Source: Planctomycetota bacterium (GTDB lineage: Bacteria; Planctomycetota; Phycisphaerae; SM23-33). Taken from it: a DNA stretch of 64,000 bases. The stretch spans positions 3,152-67,151 of the forward strand of contig JAKJER010000032.1 of NCBI GenBank assembly GCA_022705325.1. The letters run 5' to 3'. Numbering within the stretch: position 1 is the first letter of the stretch; each line of letters starts with the position of its first letter. The position numbers and the translations under genes are program-made. Of this stretch, positions 1 to 9,290 are shown in pieces. Below the pieces are notes generated by a model that saw nothing but the letters and a program-made list of their open reading frames with translations, ran no database searches and was not told the DNA's origin.

Positions 1-80
1 CTGCCGTCCGGGACGAGTTGCTGACCAAGGCGAAGCAGTGGGGATTCCGGACGGAGAATCTGATCTTCGTGGAGCAATGA
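1..80 (+). CDS. 3' end of an unidentified protein-coding gene (partial; the start lies upstream of the window)
   Basis: Frame 3 reads ...AVRDELLTKAKQWGFRTENLIFVEQ followed by TGA at 78-80. Almost every codon ends in G/C, as in the confident genes here. The product cannot be recognised from 25 residues. Confidence 0.4.
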   Translation, partial: AVRDELLTKAKQWGFRTENLIFVEQ

Positions 81-199
81 GACCGGAAGGCTCTAAGCTC
101 TCTTCTTTCCGGCGAGAGAGGGGCGGACAACTTGCTGGATGCCATCGCCTTGCTCCCGCGAATTCCTGCCTTACGGTGTCGAAGGGGCTATCATAGGAT

Positions 200-1522
200 A
201 TGGTAATTCGGGACGTGACATCGATGCCTCCATGTAACAGGCAACTTGCTGCGACGGTCGTGCTGTTGACTGGTGCTGCCCTGGCTCTGGCCGAGCCAGT
301 CAGTCCCAGTCCGGTTCCCGTCCAGCCAGCCACTTGGCTCCAATGGCGAGGTCCCACGCGCGACGGAATGGTCCGGGACGACGGCTGGCCGATGACCCTG
401 CAAGGCGAGGCCCTGGCCCTGCTGTGGCGGGTTGAACTTGGAGACGGCTATTCAAGCCCGTTAGTGGATGCCGGCCGGGTGTTCACCTTTGAGACTCGCA
501 ACAATACGGAAGAGGTTGTTCGGGCACTGGACAGGAAGACGGGCAAGGAGCTATGGACCGCCGCCTGGGGGGCAGGCATGAATGTCCCGTTCTTTGCCGC
601 CAGCAATGGCAGTTGGGTGCGTTCCACGCCTGCCAGCGACGGCGAGTTTCTCTACGTGGGCGGGATGAGAGATCTGCTGGTGTGTCTCAAGGCTGCCGAC
701 GGCAAGGAGAAGTGGCGAGTTGACTTCATGCAGAGGTACGGAACTCCGCTGCCGTCCTTCGGGTTCGTGAGTTCTCCACTGGTCGCCGACGAGGGCGTCT
801 ACGTTCAGGCGGGGGCTTCCTTTGTCAAACTCGACAAGGAGACGGGCAAGACCCTCTGGCGAACGCTCGAAGACGGCGGGGGGATGTACGGCAGTGCTTT
901 TTCTTCGCCCATGCTGGCGACCCTGTGCCGGCAACCACAAGTCCTGGTGCAGACCCGTGCGCTGCTTGCGGGGGTGGCCCCCAAGACCGGCCAGGTGCTC
1001 TGGAAGCAACCCGTCGAGGCCTTTCGAGGGATGAACATCCTGAATCCGACCGTCTTTGGAGACAACGTCTTCACCAGTTCTTATGGGGGCGGAACTGTCC
1101 TCTTGGGACTGGACCGCCGCGAGGACACATTCTCGGTGCGTACGGTTTGGAGGACCGAGTCCCAAGGGTACATGTCTACTCCGGTGGTGATCGATGGCAA
1201 GGCGTACCTGCATCGACGCGATCGGAAGTTCTCCTGCGTCGATCTGGCTTCCGGGCGGGAACTGTGGATCACCAAGGACAGGTTCGGGCAGTATTGGTCT
1301 CTGGTGAGCAACGGGAAGTTGATCCTGGCCTTGGACCAGAAGGGAGAACTTCTGCTGATTCGGGCGACCCCGGAGAAGTTCGAACTCCTGGATCGTCGTA
1401 AGGTCTCCACTGCCCAGGCATGGGCTCATCTCGTTGTATGCGGCGAGGAGGTTTTCGTCCGAGAGAAAAAGGCTATTGCAGCGTACCGCTGGCGGCAGAT
1501 CTCTCGACAGTCGCAGCCATAG
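200..1522 (+). CDS. Exported PQQ-like (BamB-type) beta-propeller repeat protein
   Basis: 440-aa ORF with a signal-like N-terminus (LAATVVLLTGAALALA). It has a WLQWRGPTRDG motif and repeated G-x-hydrophobic-Y/F-x-hydrophobic blade-like segments (SSPLVDAGRVFTF, STPASDGEFLYVGG, SSPLVADEGVYVQ, STPVVIDGKAYL) typical of PQQ-like propellers. An alternative start is M9 at 224. Confidence 0.65.
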   Translation: MVIRDVTSMPPCNRQLAATVVLLTGAALALAEPVSPSPVPVQPATWLQWRGPTRDGMVRDDGWPMTLQGEALALLWRVELGDGYSSPLVDAGRVFTFETRNNTEEVVRALDRKTGKELWTAAWGAGMNVPFFAASNGSWVRSTPASDGEFLYVGGMRDLLVCLKAADGKEKWRVDFMQRYGTPLPSFGFVSSPLVADEGVYVQAGASFVKLDKETGKTLWRTLEDGGGMYGSAFSSPMLATLCRQPQVLVQTRALLAGVAPKTGQVLWKQPVEAFRGMNILNPTVFGDNVFTSSYGGGTVLLGLDRREDTFSVRTVWRTESQGYMSTPVVIDGKAYLHRRDRKFSCVDLASGRELWITKDRFGQYWSLVSNGKLILALDQKGELLLIRATPEKFELLDRRKVSTAQAWAHLVVCGEEVFVREKKAIAAYRWRQISRQSQP

Positions 1523-1544
1523 CCTGCAGCTTGTTCGGGAAAGG

Positions 1545-1877
1545 ATGGACTCGATGAGCGGCGCTTACGACGTGCTGAGCGTTGCCGGAACGGGCTTGGG
1601 CTATCCCACGGCCCTCTACGTGAACGGGGCCAACCTGGTGGTCACCACTGTGGCAGGCACCATCGCCGAGAACACGGTCCTCGACCTGCTGGATGCGGAC
1701 CGCATCTGCGGCGAGTTCGAGACCATCAGCCTGCCGGGCGACCGCCTGAGCTGGGACCTCTCCCAACTCTACACCACCGGCGAGATCACCGCCGTCCCCG
1801 AGCCGGCGACGATGGCCCTGCTGGGCCTGGCAATCGTGGGCATGGGCGGCTACGTCCGCCGCCGTCGCGCAGCCTGA
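1545..1877 (+). CDS. Small PEP-CTERM-tailed protein with no recognisable signal peptide
   Basis: The C-terminus VPEPATMALLGLAIVGMGGYVRRRRAA is the classic PEP motif, a TM helix and an Arg cluster. ATG at 1545 follows GGAAAGG. The longer ORF start at 1434 would overlap the upstream gene. No hydrophobic N-terminus in either reading. Confidence 0.6.
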   Translation: MDSMSGAYDVLSVAGTGLGYPTALYVNGANLVVTTVAGTIAENTVLDLLDADRICGEFETISLPGDRLSWDLSQLYTTGEITAVPEPATMALLGLAIVGMGGYVRRRRAA

Positions 1878-1904
1878 GTCGGACACCAGACGGGACACAC
1901 ACGA

Positions 1905-1936
1905 AAAACGGGCGAGCCTCCGGGCTCGCCCGTTCT
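1905..1936. terminator. Bidirectional intrinsic terminator between convergent genes
   Basis: Perfect 12-bp stem AACGGGCGAGCC / GGCTCGCCCGTT with loop TCCG. It is flanked by AAAAA on the + strand, which is a U-tract for the minus-strand YeeE/YedE pair. Confidence 0.7.
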
Positions 1937-1960
1937 GTTGTCCCTGTCCGCCGGAGACGG

Positions 1961-2491
1961 TCAGACCTTCATCTTCTCCAGGAACCAGAACAATCCCAGG
2001 CCTGCGAGGATGAAGGCCGGGATGACCAGCCAATGGCTCACGCCCAGAGCCTGCGGGATCGTGATCTTGCCGTAGTCGCCCCAGGTCAGCACGGTCCTCT
2101 TCATGAACGGGTACAGCTCGGCGTACAGGGCCGCACCCGCGATCATGCCTGCCAGGCCCCAGAGGGCGTGCCAGCGTCCCTCGCCGATCGCCCCGCCTGC
2201 TGTGCCCGGACAGAAGCCCAGCAGCGCCCACCCGAAGCCGAACAGCAGCCCGCCGCCGATGTTCCCGCCCAGGATCAGGGGTTTGATACTCAGCTTCACC
2301 ACCCCCAGGTCGTGCAGCGCGTAGATCCCCACCATGCCCACCAGGATGGCCGAGAACATGAACTTCACGATCGTCATGTCCCGCAGCAGCAGGGCGCCGA
2401 TCTGCTTCTCGAATCGCAACACGCGAGCCCGCTGCAAGAGCACGCCGAACAGGATGCCCGTCACCAGACCGTAGATCTGTAGCTTATCCAT
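1961..2491 (-). CDS. YeeE/YedE-family (sulfur-transport domain) membrane protein, half-size subunit B
   Basis: 176 aa and polytopic. It has the conserved GFCPG cysteine motif (LLGFCPGTAGG) typical of PF04143-type proteins. It overlaps the upstream partner by 8 nt. Confidence 0.7.
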   Translation of the reverse strand: MDKLQIYGLVTGILFGVLLQRARVLRFEKQIGALLLRDMTIVKFMFSAILVGMVGIYALHDLGVVKLSIKPLILGGNIGGGLLFGFGWALLGFCPGTAGGAIGEGRWHALWGLAGMIAGAALYAELYPFMKRTVLTWGDYGKITIPQALGVSHWLVIPAFILAGLGLFWFLEKMKV

Positions 2492-3014
2492 GACGGGCTC
2501 CCTTCCGGTAGACGAGGTTGGCGACGATCAGACCGCCGACAAAGAAACAGATCAGGGCGACGTACCCGCTCACGGACAACTGCAGCCCCCCGGTCAGCCC
2601 GTGTCCGCTCGGACAGCCGCCGGCCAGCCGAGCCCCGAAGAGGGCTATGAACCCGCCCAGAAACGCCACCGCCGCACGCGGCAGGATTCGCCGCCCGAAC
2701 CGCTCCTTCCAGATCGGCGGGACCGATTCCAGCTTGAAGTCCCCAAACGCCACCGACGTGATTAGCCCTCCGACGAACACGCCCGCCACAAACAGCCACT
2801 GCCAGTCGAAGATCGGCTTCTCCTTCTGGTAGTACTCAGCCTTGGCCACGTGTTCGGGGGCGACCTTCTGCTCGATCATCGCCGCCGCCCGCACCATCGT
2901 GGTCGAGGCCCCGAAGTACTTCCCGGCCACCACCACCGACAGGATCATGAGCACGCCGGTCATCGCCCCGGCCAGATATGGGTTCCACCCGCCGTCCGCG
3001 GTCTTCAGTTTCAT
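2484..3014 (-). CDS. YeeE/YedE-family (sulfur-transport domain) membrane protein, half-size subunit A
   Basis: Start taken at MKLKTADGGW (ATG preceded by GGAG). It has a GGCPSGHG cysteine motif and multiple TM helices. It pairs with 1961-2491 like the split two-gene YeeE/YedE (PmpA/PmpB-type) arrangements. Confidence 0.7.
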   Translation of the reverse strand: MKLKTADGGWNPYLAGAMTGVLMILSVVVAGKYFGASTTMVRAAAMIEQKVAPEHVAKAEYYQKEKPIFDWQWLFVAGVFVGGLITSVAFGDFKLESVPPIWKERFGRRILPRAAVAFLGGFIALFGARLAGGCPSGHGLTGGLQLSVSGYVALICFFVGGLIVANLVYRKGARHG

Positions 3015-3085
3015 CTTGGCTCCTTTCGGCCGGGGTGCGGCCGGCCCTGATTGTCCCATTGTAGCCCATACGCACTCTAAACCCC

Positions 3086-3113
3086 TTGACGGTCTGCCGC
3101 AATCGCATACCAT
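3086..3113 (+). promoter_or_regulatory. Candidate sigma70-type promoter for the PEP-CTERM gene at 3258
   Basis: TTGACG, a 16-nt spacer, then TACCAT, in the divergent intergenic region. Sequence match only. Confidence 0.3.
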
Positions 3114-3257
3114 TAACTTGAATGGGAGGTCTGCGCTGATCCACTGCGGCGTTACCGGCGTGCTGCGGACAAAAGGAGATGGCGTTCATCTCGTTCCCCG
3201 GCCGCCGAAACGGATGTCTGTGGGTGCCGCACCCTAACCAGGAGAAAGGACAGTCAG

Positions 3258-4082
3258 ATGAGAGGCCAATCGCAAACCAGCCGTATCGTACTGTGCTCCG
3301 TCATAATGGCCCTTGCCGCCGTATCCCAAGGCGGGATCATCGAGACGGACTTCGTGTCCGCGAGCGCCCGGCAGTCCCTCGACGGAACGGCCCTCGGCCT
3401 GACCACCAACGCCCCGAACAGCACCTGGTCGGTGGCCGCCGGCTGGAACTGGGGCAACCCGTTCATTCCGGCGACCTGGGACCCCCCGGGCATTCCGACC
3501 AACCTGGCCAATCTGGTCGAAGAGAAGACGGTGCTGGGCATCTCCATCGCCAGCAGCGGCGGCTACACGAAGCCGGCGCAGATTCACATGTCGACAGACA
3601 TCGAATTTCCCGGCAGCCGCAACCACACGGGCGGGGTGGGGTTCTTCTCCGTCCTGCCTGCTCGGGCTGATAACCAGAACCAGTTCGAGCATTTCACCGG
3701 CCTGCACATCAACGAGACCAACGGCACGTTGCAGGTGATGGCCGACGGCGCGCTGACCGGAAGCCCGGCGAGCGTCGGGACGATTTCCGAAGGCGTCTTC
3801 TACAATGTGGGCTTTGACATTGACACCCTCACCGGCGCCCTGTCCAACGTGACGTTCGACGGCAGCCCGGTCGGCGGTCTTTCCAGCAACGCCTTCACGG
3901 ACGTGGCGACCGCCTTCGCCGCGGTCGTGGTCGGCGGGGCTTCGCGGGCCTACATCGACAACTTCACCGTCTCGGAAATCGCCGCGCCCGAGGGAGACGT
4001 GCCCGAGCCGGCGAGCCTGGCCCTGCTGGGCCTGGCCGCGACGGGCCTGGGCGGCTACGTCCGCCGGCGGCGAAATCGCTGA
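3258..4082 (+). CDS. Exported PEP-CTERM protein
   Basis: Signal peptide (IVLCSVIMALAAVSQG). The C-terminus VPEPASLALLGLAATGLGGYVRRRRNR is a PEP-CTERM sorting tail. AGGAGAAAGG lies upstream of the ATG. Confidence 0.8.
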   Translation: MRGQSQTSRIVLCSVIMALAAVSQGGIIETDFVSASARQSLDGTALGLTTNAPNSTWSVAAGWNWGNPFIPATWDPPGIPTNLANLVEEKTVLGISIASSGGYTKPAQIHMSTDIEFPGSRNHTGGVGFFSVLPARADNQNQFEHFTGLHINETNGTLQVMADGALTGSPASVGTISEGVFYNVGFDIDTLTGALSNVTFDGSPVGGLSSNAFTDVATAFAAVVVGGASRAYIDNFTVSEIAAPEGDVPEPASLALLGLAATGLGGYVRRRRNR

Positions 4083-4140
4083 ACGCGCCATGCTTCTGCA
4101 TGCCGCGCCCTCGCGACAGAGCCCATCTTCCAACGGACTG

Positions 4141-4860
4141 CTAGGGCTTGGTCCACACGGTGATCTTCTGGATCTTCAGCGTGTCGGACCAGGTGTAGAA
4201 GCCGATCGTTCCGTGACCGCTCCCCTTGAGCGGATCGCTGTCGACGAACTTCAGCACCTCCGTGCCGTCCACGATCAGGCGGACCTTGCCGGCATCGTTC
4301 TCGGCGACCACCGTGTGCATCTTGCCCGGCTGGACGAGCGGCTTGGCGTTCACCGTGCCGTCGATGACCTCGCCCGCGCGGCGAAGGCGATTTTCGGTGT
4401 TCTCGGCCGCTCCGAACTGGAGCAGGTAGCCCGCCTCGTAGCCGTTCTCGTCGGCGTTCAGGAACGGGCTGAGGTCGCAGACGGCGCCGGTGCCGACCGG
4501 CTGCAGGCCGGCCACCACCTCCAGGCGGACGTTGCCCTCGGCCTGGGGCGTCTTGAGCACGATCTGCGCGTCGACGCCCTCTTCAGCCTTGAGCACCAGG
4601 GCGCCGTCGGCCACGCTGGCCTGCCCGCCCAGGACCTTCCAGGCGGGCGACAGCTTCTGGGCGTCCTTGAAGTCGGCCAGGAAGACCTGGTTCCATCCCG
4701 CCGGGGCCTTGGAGACCTCGGGGGTCTTGGGAGCCCCCCCGGTCTTTCCCGGCTTGGTGGTGGGCTGCTTGGAGGCTTGAGGCTTGTCGCAGCCGGTCGC
4801 GGCGCACCATAACATACATCCCGCCAGAACCCAGGCGGTTACGACTAACGTCTTGTTCAT
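4141..4860 (-). CDS. Lipoprotein with a DUF1080/concanavalin-like (3-keto-disaccharide-hydrolase-type) domain
   Basis: Start at MNKTLVV (GGAG upstream) with lipobox-like LAGC. The C-terminal GTIGFYTWSDTLKIQKITVW resembles the end of DUF1080 jelly-roll domains. The domain call is from memory of the family pattern. Confidence 0.5.
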   Translation of the reverse strand: MNKTLVVTAWVLAGCMLWCAATGCDKPQASKQPTTKPGKTGGAPKTPEVSKAPAGWNQVFLADFKDAQKLSPAWKVLGGQASVADGALVLKAEEGVDAQIVLKTPQAEGNVRLEVVAGLQPVGTGAVCDLSPFLNADENGYEAGYLLQFGAAENTENRLRRAGEVIDGTVNAKPLVQPGKMHTVVAENDAGKVRLIVDGTEVLKFVDSDPLKGSGHGTIGFYTWSDTLKIQKITVWTKP

Positions 4861-4983
4861 GACATGGCTCCTTTCCCGCAGATGGAACTGGAATGAACAG
4901 GGGCTTACCGGGGATATTCTATGCACGCGTCCGACAGGACGGCAAGCAGAAGAGAGACGCCGCGGTCGCCATTCGGCGTCGGG

Positions 4984-5868
4984 TCAGGGCTTGGTCCGCA
5001 GCAGGGCCAGGAACTCCCGCTCGGCCGGGCTGAAGCCTTTGCCCCTGCGCCGGAGGATGGCGATCTGGCGCTGCCAGCGGGTGGCGTTGCGGAAGCGGGC
5101 GCAGGACAGGTAGCCGCCTGCGACCTCGCGCTCGATGTTGTCCAGGGGCAGGACGGAGATGCCGGAGTTGATCTCGACGGCCCGCTTCATCGTCTCGATG
5201 TTGTCGAACTCCATGGCGATGTCGATCTGGACGCCGGCCGTCTTGAGCATGCGGTCGATGAACCGGCGGGTGGGGACGTTGGGCTCGAAGGCCACGAACC
5301 GCTCGCCGGCCAGATCGTGCGAGTCGATCACCTCGCGTGCGGCCAGGCGGTGCTCGGGGGCGCAGACCATGACCAACTCCTCGTTGGCCAGGGGGATGAT
5401 GTCGATGGAGCGCTGTCGTTCCGGGAAGGCGACCACGCCCAGGTCCATCTCGCCGCTGAGGACGGCGGCGTTGATGCGGTTCCAGCGGGTGTACTCCACG
5501 CGGAGGTTGACCTCCGGATATGACTGGAGAAACCTGCGGATGTACGGGTCGAGCAGGTAGAAGCCCACCGAATAGATCGTGCCCACGCGGAGGACGCCGC
5601 GGACGGCGTCGGCGGCGGAGCGCATCTCGCCCAGCATCTGCTCGTAGCGTCTGACGATCTCGCGGGCCGCCTGGCAGTAGATCTTGCCGGCCTCGGTGGG
5701 CACGACGAGCCCTCCGCCGCGGCTGAGAAGCTGCGTCGAGAACTCGCGTTCCAGCGAGGCCAACTGTTGCGATACGGCCGACTGCGAGATTCCAGCTTCC
5801 TGGGCGGCCTTGGAGAAGCTGCCAGTGTCGACCACGTCGCAGAACGTTTTCATGACTCGGATGTTCAT
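4984..5868 (-). CDS. LysR-family transcriptional regulator
   Basis: N-terminal wHTH MNIRVMKTFCDVVDTGSFSKAAQEAGISQSAVSQQLASLE and an approximately 200-aa substrate-binding domain. It is divergent from gdhA. Confidence 0.9.
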   Translation of the reverse strand: MNIRVMKTFCDVVDTGSFSKAAQEAGISQSAVSQQLASLEREFSTQLLSRGGGLVVPTEAGKIYCQAAREIVRRYEQMLGEMRSAADAVRGVLRVGTIYSVGFYLLDPYIRRFLQSYPEVNLRVEYTRWNRINAAVLSGEMDLGVVAFPERQRSIDIIPLANEELVMVCAPEHRLAAREVIDSHDLAGERFVAFEPNVPTRRFIDRMLKTAGVQIDIAMEFDNIETMKRAVEINSGISVLPLDNIEREVAGGYLSCARFRNATRWQRQIAILRRRGKGFSPAEREFLALLRTKP

Positions 5869-5911
5869 GAGGTTCCTCTTCCCGGCTCCGCGCGCGACGA
5901 TACAAGGCGCT

Positions 5912-5940
5912 ATGGTAGCCTCTCATACCGGGCCAGGCAA
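5912..5940 (-). promoter_or_regulatory. Candidate promoter of the LysR-family gene
   Basis: On the minus strand: TTGCCT, a 17-nt spacer, then TACCAT, about 40 nt upstream of the ATG at 5868. Confidence 0.35.
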
Positions 5941-5948
5941 GGGCGAAG

Positions 5949-7459
<1,511 letters not shown>

Positions 7460-7486
7460 CAGATTCACTGTTGCGACGAAACCGGA

Positions 7487-7520
7487 GAAGCCCACCCCTC
7501 AGGGGTGGGCTTCTTCTATT
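7487..7520. terminator. Intrinsic terminator after gdhA, shared with the convergent TPR gene
   Basis: GAAGCCCACCCC - TCA - GGGGTGGGCTTC, followed by TTCTATTTCC. Confidence 0.8.
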
Positions 7521-7531
7521 TCCCTCGCCCG

Positions 7532-8695
7532 CTACGGTGACTCCGCGGGGCGGGTGGCGGCGGCGTACGAGCGAATCATCTGTCGCAGGTCGTCCTGGGA
7601 AGTGTCCAGCCGCAGACTTTCCTGCCAGGCCGACAGGGCCTCGTTCAACAGGCCGGCCTGTCCTCTGAGGCGGTGCATTTCGAGGAAGATCTGTCCGCGA
7701 AGCCGGTGGATCCGCGCGTCCAGCGGCGACAACTCGACCGCTCGCTTAACCGCCACCGCCGCACGCCCCAGGCTGCCGGCCGAACGCGCGCAGTGCGCCA
7801 GGTTCACCCAGTTGGACACCAGGTCGGGCTTCAGCCTGGCGGCCTGGGCGTACTGCTCCATGGCCCCCTGCGGGTCGTTCAGGTCCACCAGCACCTCCGC
7901 CAGGGCGGCGTGGGCGGACTCCAGATTGGGCTCGTCGACGATGACTCGCTGCCAGGTGTCCCGGGCCAGGGCCAGTTTGCCCTGCGCCTGAAGCAACGAG
8001 GCCAGGTTGTAGCGGGCCTGGAGGAAGTCGCCGTGGCGCGCGAGCAGGCGGCGATAGGTGTCTTCCGCCTGGCTGTAGCGCCCCAGACGCGTCTGGGCCA
8101 GGGCGAGGTTGAACAGCGTGGTGCGGTCCTCCCCGCCCAGTTCGATCAATCGCTGATAGACCTGGACGGCCTGCTCGAACTCCTCCCCGGCCACCAGGGC
8201 GACGGCCAGGCACTGGTATACGTCACTGCATCGGCTGGCCTGGTCGGCGCCCTCGTCCAGCGCACGGCGACAGAGGCTGATCGCCGTGGCGAAGTCCCCG
8301 TTGGCCATGGCCTTGTCGGCCGCGACGAGATACTCGGTGAATCGGTCGGACGGCGCTGCGGCTGGCCGGGTGGCCGGCGCCGCCGGTTGCGATTCCGCCG
8401 GCCTGGAGCGGGCCGTCCGCACCAGCCGGTCCGTCGCCTGGCGGGCCTGCTCAGGCAGGCGACCGCGGGCAGCCTGCACGCTTGGGCTCTCCTGCGGCGG
8501 GTCTACGGGGATCTGAACCTGCCTTGTCGGCGGGCGGTCCTTCGGCAAGAATGCCTCAGTGGCCGGGGCCGCCGCCGGTTGCGTGTCGGCCTGACCTTTG
8601 CGGTCTTCGTCCCGCCCAGCCTGCCGGCACGAGAGGGCGACAACCGCCAGCACTCCCGCCAAGATAACTGCGCTTGTCTTCATTTGCCGCGTCAC
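7532..8695 (-). CDS. Exported tetratricopeptide-repeat (TPR) protein
   Basis: Signal-like KTSAVILAGVLAVVALSC, then a Pro/Ala-rich linker, then successive 34-residue TPR-like units (e.g. YNLASLLQAQGKLALARDTWQRVI, HAALAEVLVDLNDPQGAMEQYAQAARL). The start is GTG at 8695 or ATG at 8683. Confidence 0.75.
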   Translation of the reverse strand: MTRQMKTSAVILAGVLAVVALSCRQAGRDEDRKGQADTQPAAAPATEAFLPKDRPPTRQVQIPVDPPQESPSVQAARGRLPEQARQATDRLVRTARSRPAESQPAAPATRPAAAPSDRFTEYLVAADKAMANGDFATAISLCRRALDEGADQASRCSDVYQCLAVALVAGEEFEQAVQVYQRLIELGGEDRTTLFNLALAQTRLGRYSQAEDTYRRLLARHGDFLQARYNLASLLQAQGKLALARDTWQRVIVDEPNLESAHAALAEVLVDLNDPQGAMEQYAQAARLKPDLVSNWVNLAHCARSAGSLGRAAVAVKRAVELSPLDARIHRLRGQIFLEMHRLRGQAGLLNEALSAWQESLRLDTSQDDLRQMIRSYAAATRPAESP

Positions 8696-9290
8696 CTGCT
8701 GCTGGTATACCGTATTTGACCCGCAATTGCCAACGGTCGCACAACAGGGGAACGCTGGGCGATAGCCGCCCGGCGGCGTTCGGGGGAACGGTGCCGCACG
8801 GCGGGGCCGCCAAACCCGGCCGGGGGGTCTGGCAGGGCGTATAGCCGATTCTGACGGAAAGCCGCCTCCCCGGGTGTCGCCCGCCGGGAGATCACGCGGC
8901 CCAGGGGCGGCTGCGCTCGCGGCTGGGGCATCGGCCGATCGGGGGCGCCTGCCGGGTGGACCGGAGCGGCGTTGCCCCGGCCGAGTAGCCCGGGGCCGCC
9001 ATAGGGGAATCCCCTAGTTTTGGGGCGCTTTAGTTCGCACCTTGGCCGGTCCGGGCGCCCTGTCGCCGGGCAACTCGAAGCGCAAGGAAGGGTTTGGAAA
9101 GGCTTTACACATGCGACCTACAGCGTCCCCCCCGCGAACTGAAGCGAACTACCCGCGCCCTGTCGCGCCCTCGTCGCGAACGTCCGCGCACCGGCCGCGA
9201 ACGCCCGCGCCCCGGGCGGCTGGCGGCGTATCTCACCCGGATGCACCCCCCGGGCAACTCGGAGATTGCTCTGGTAGTGGCTGTCTGCGG

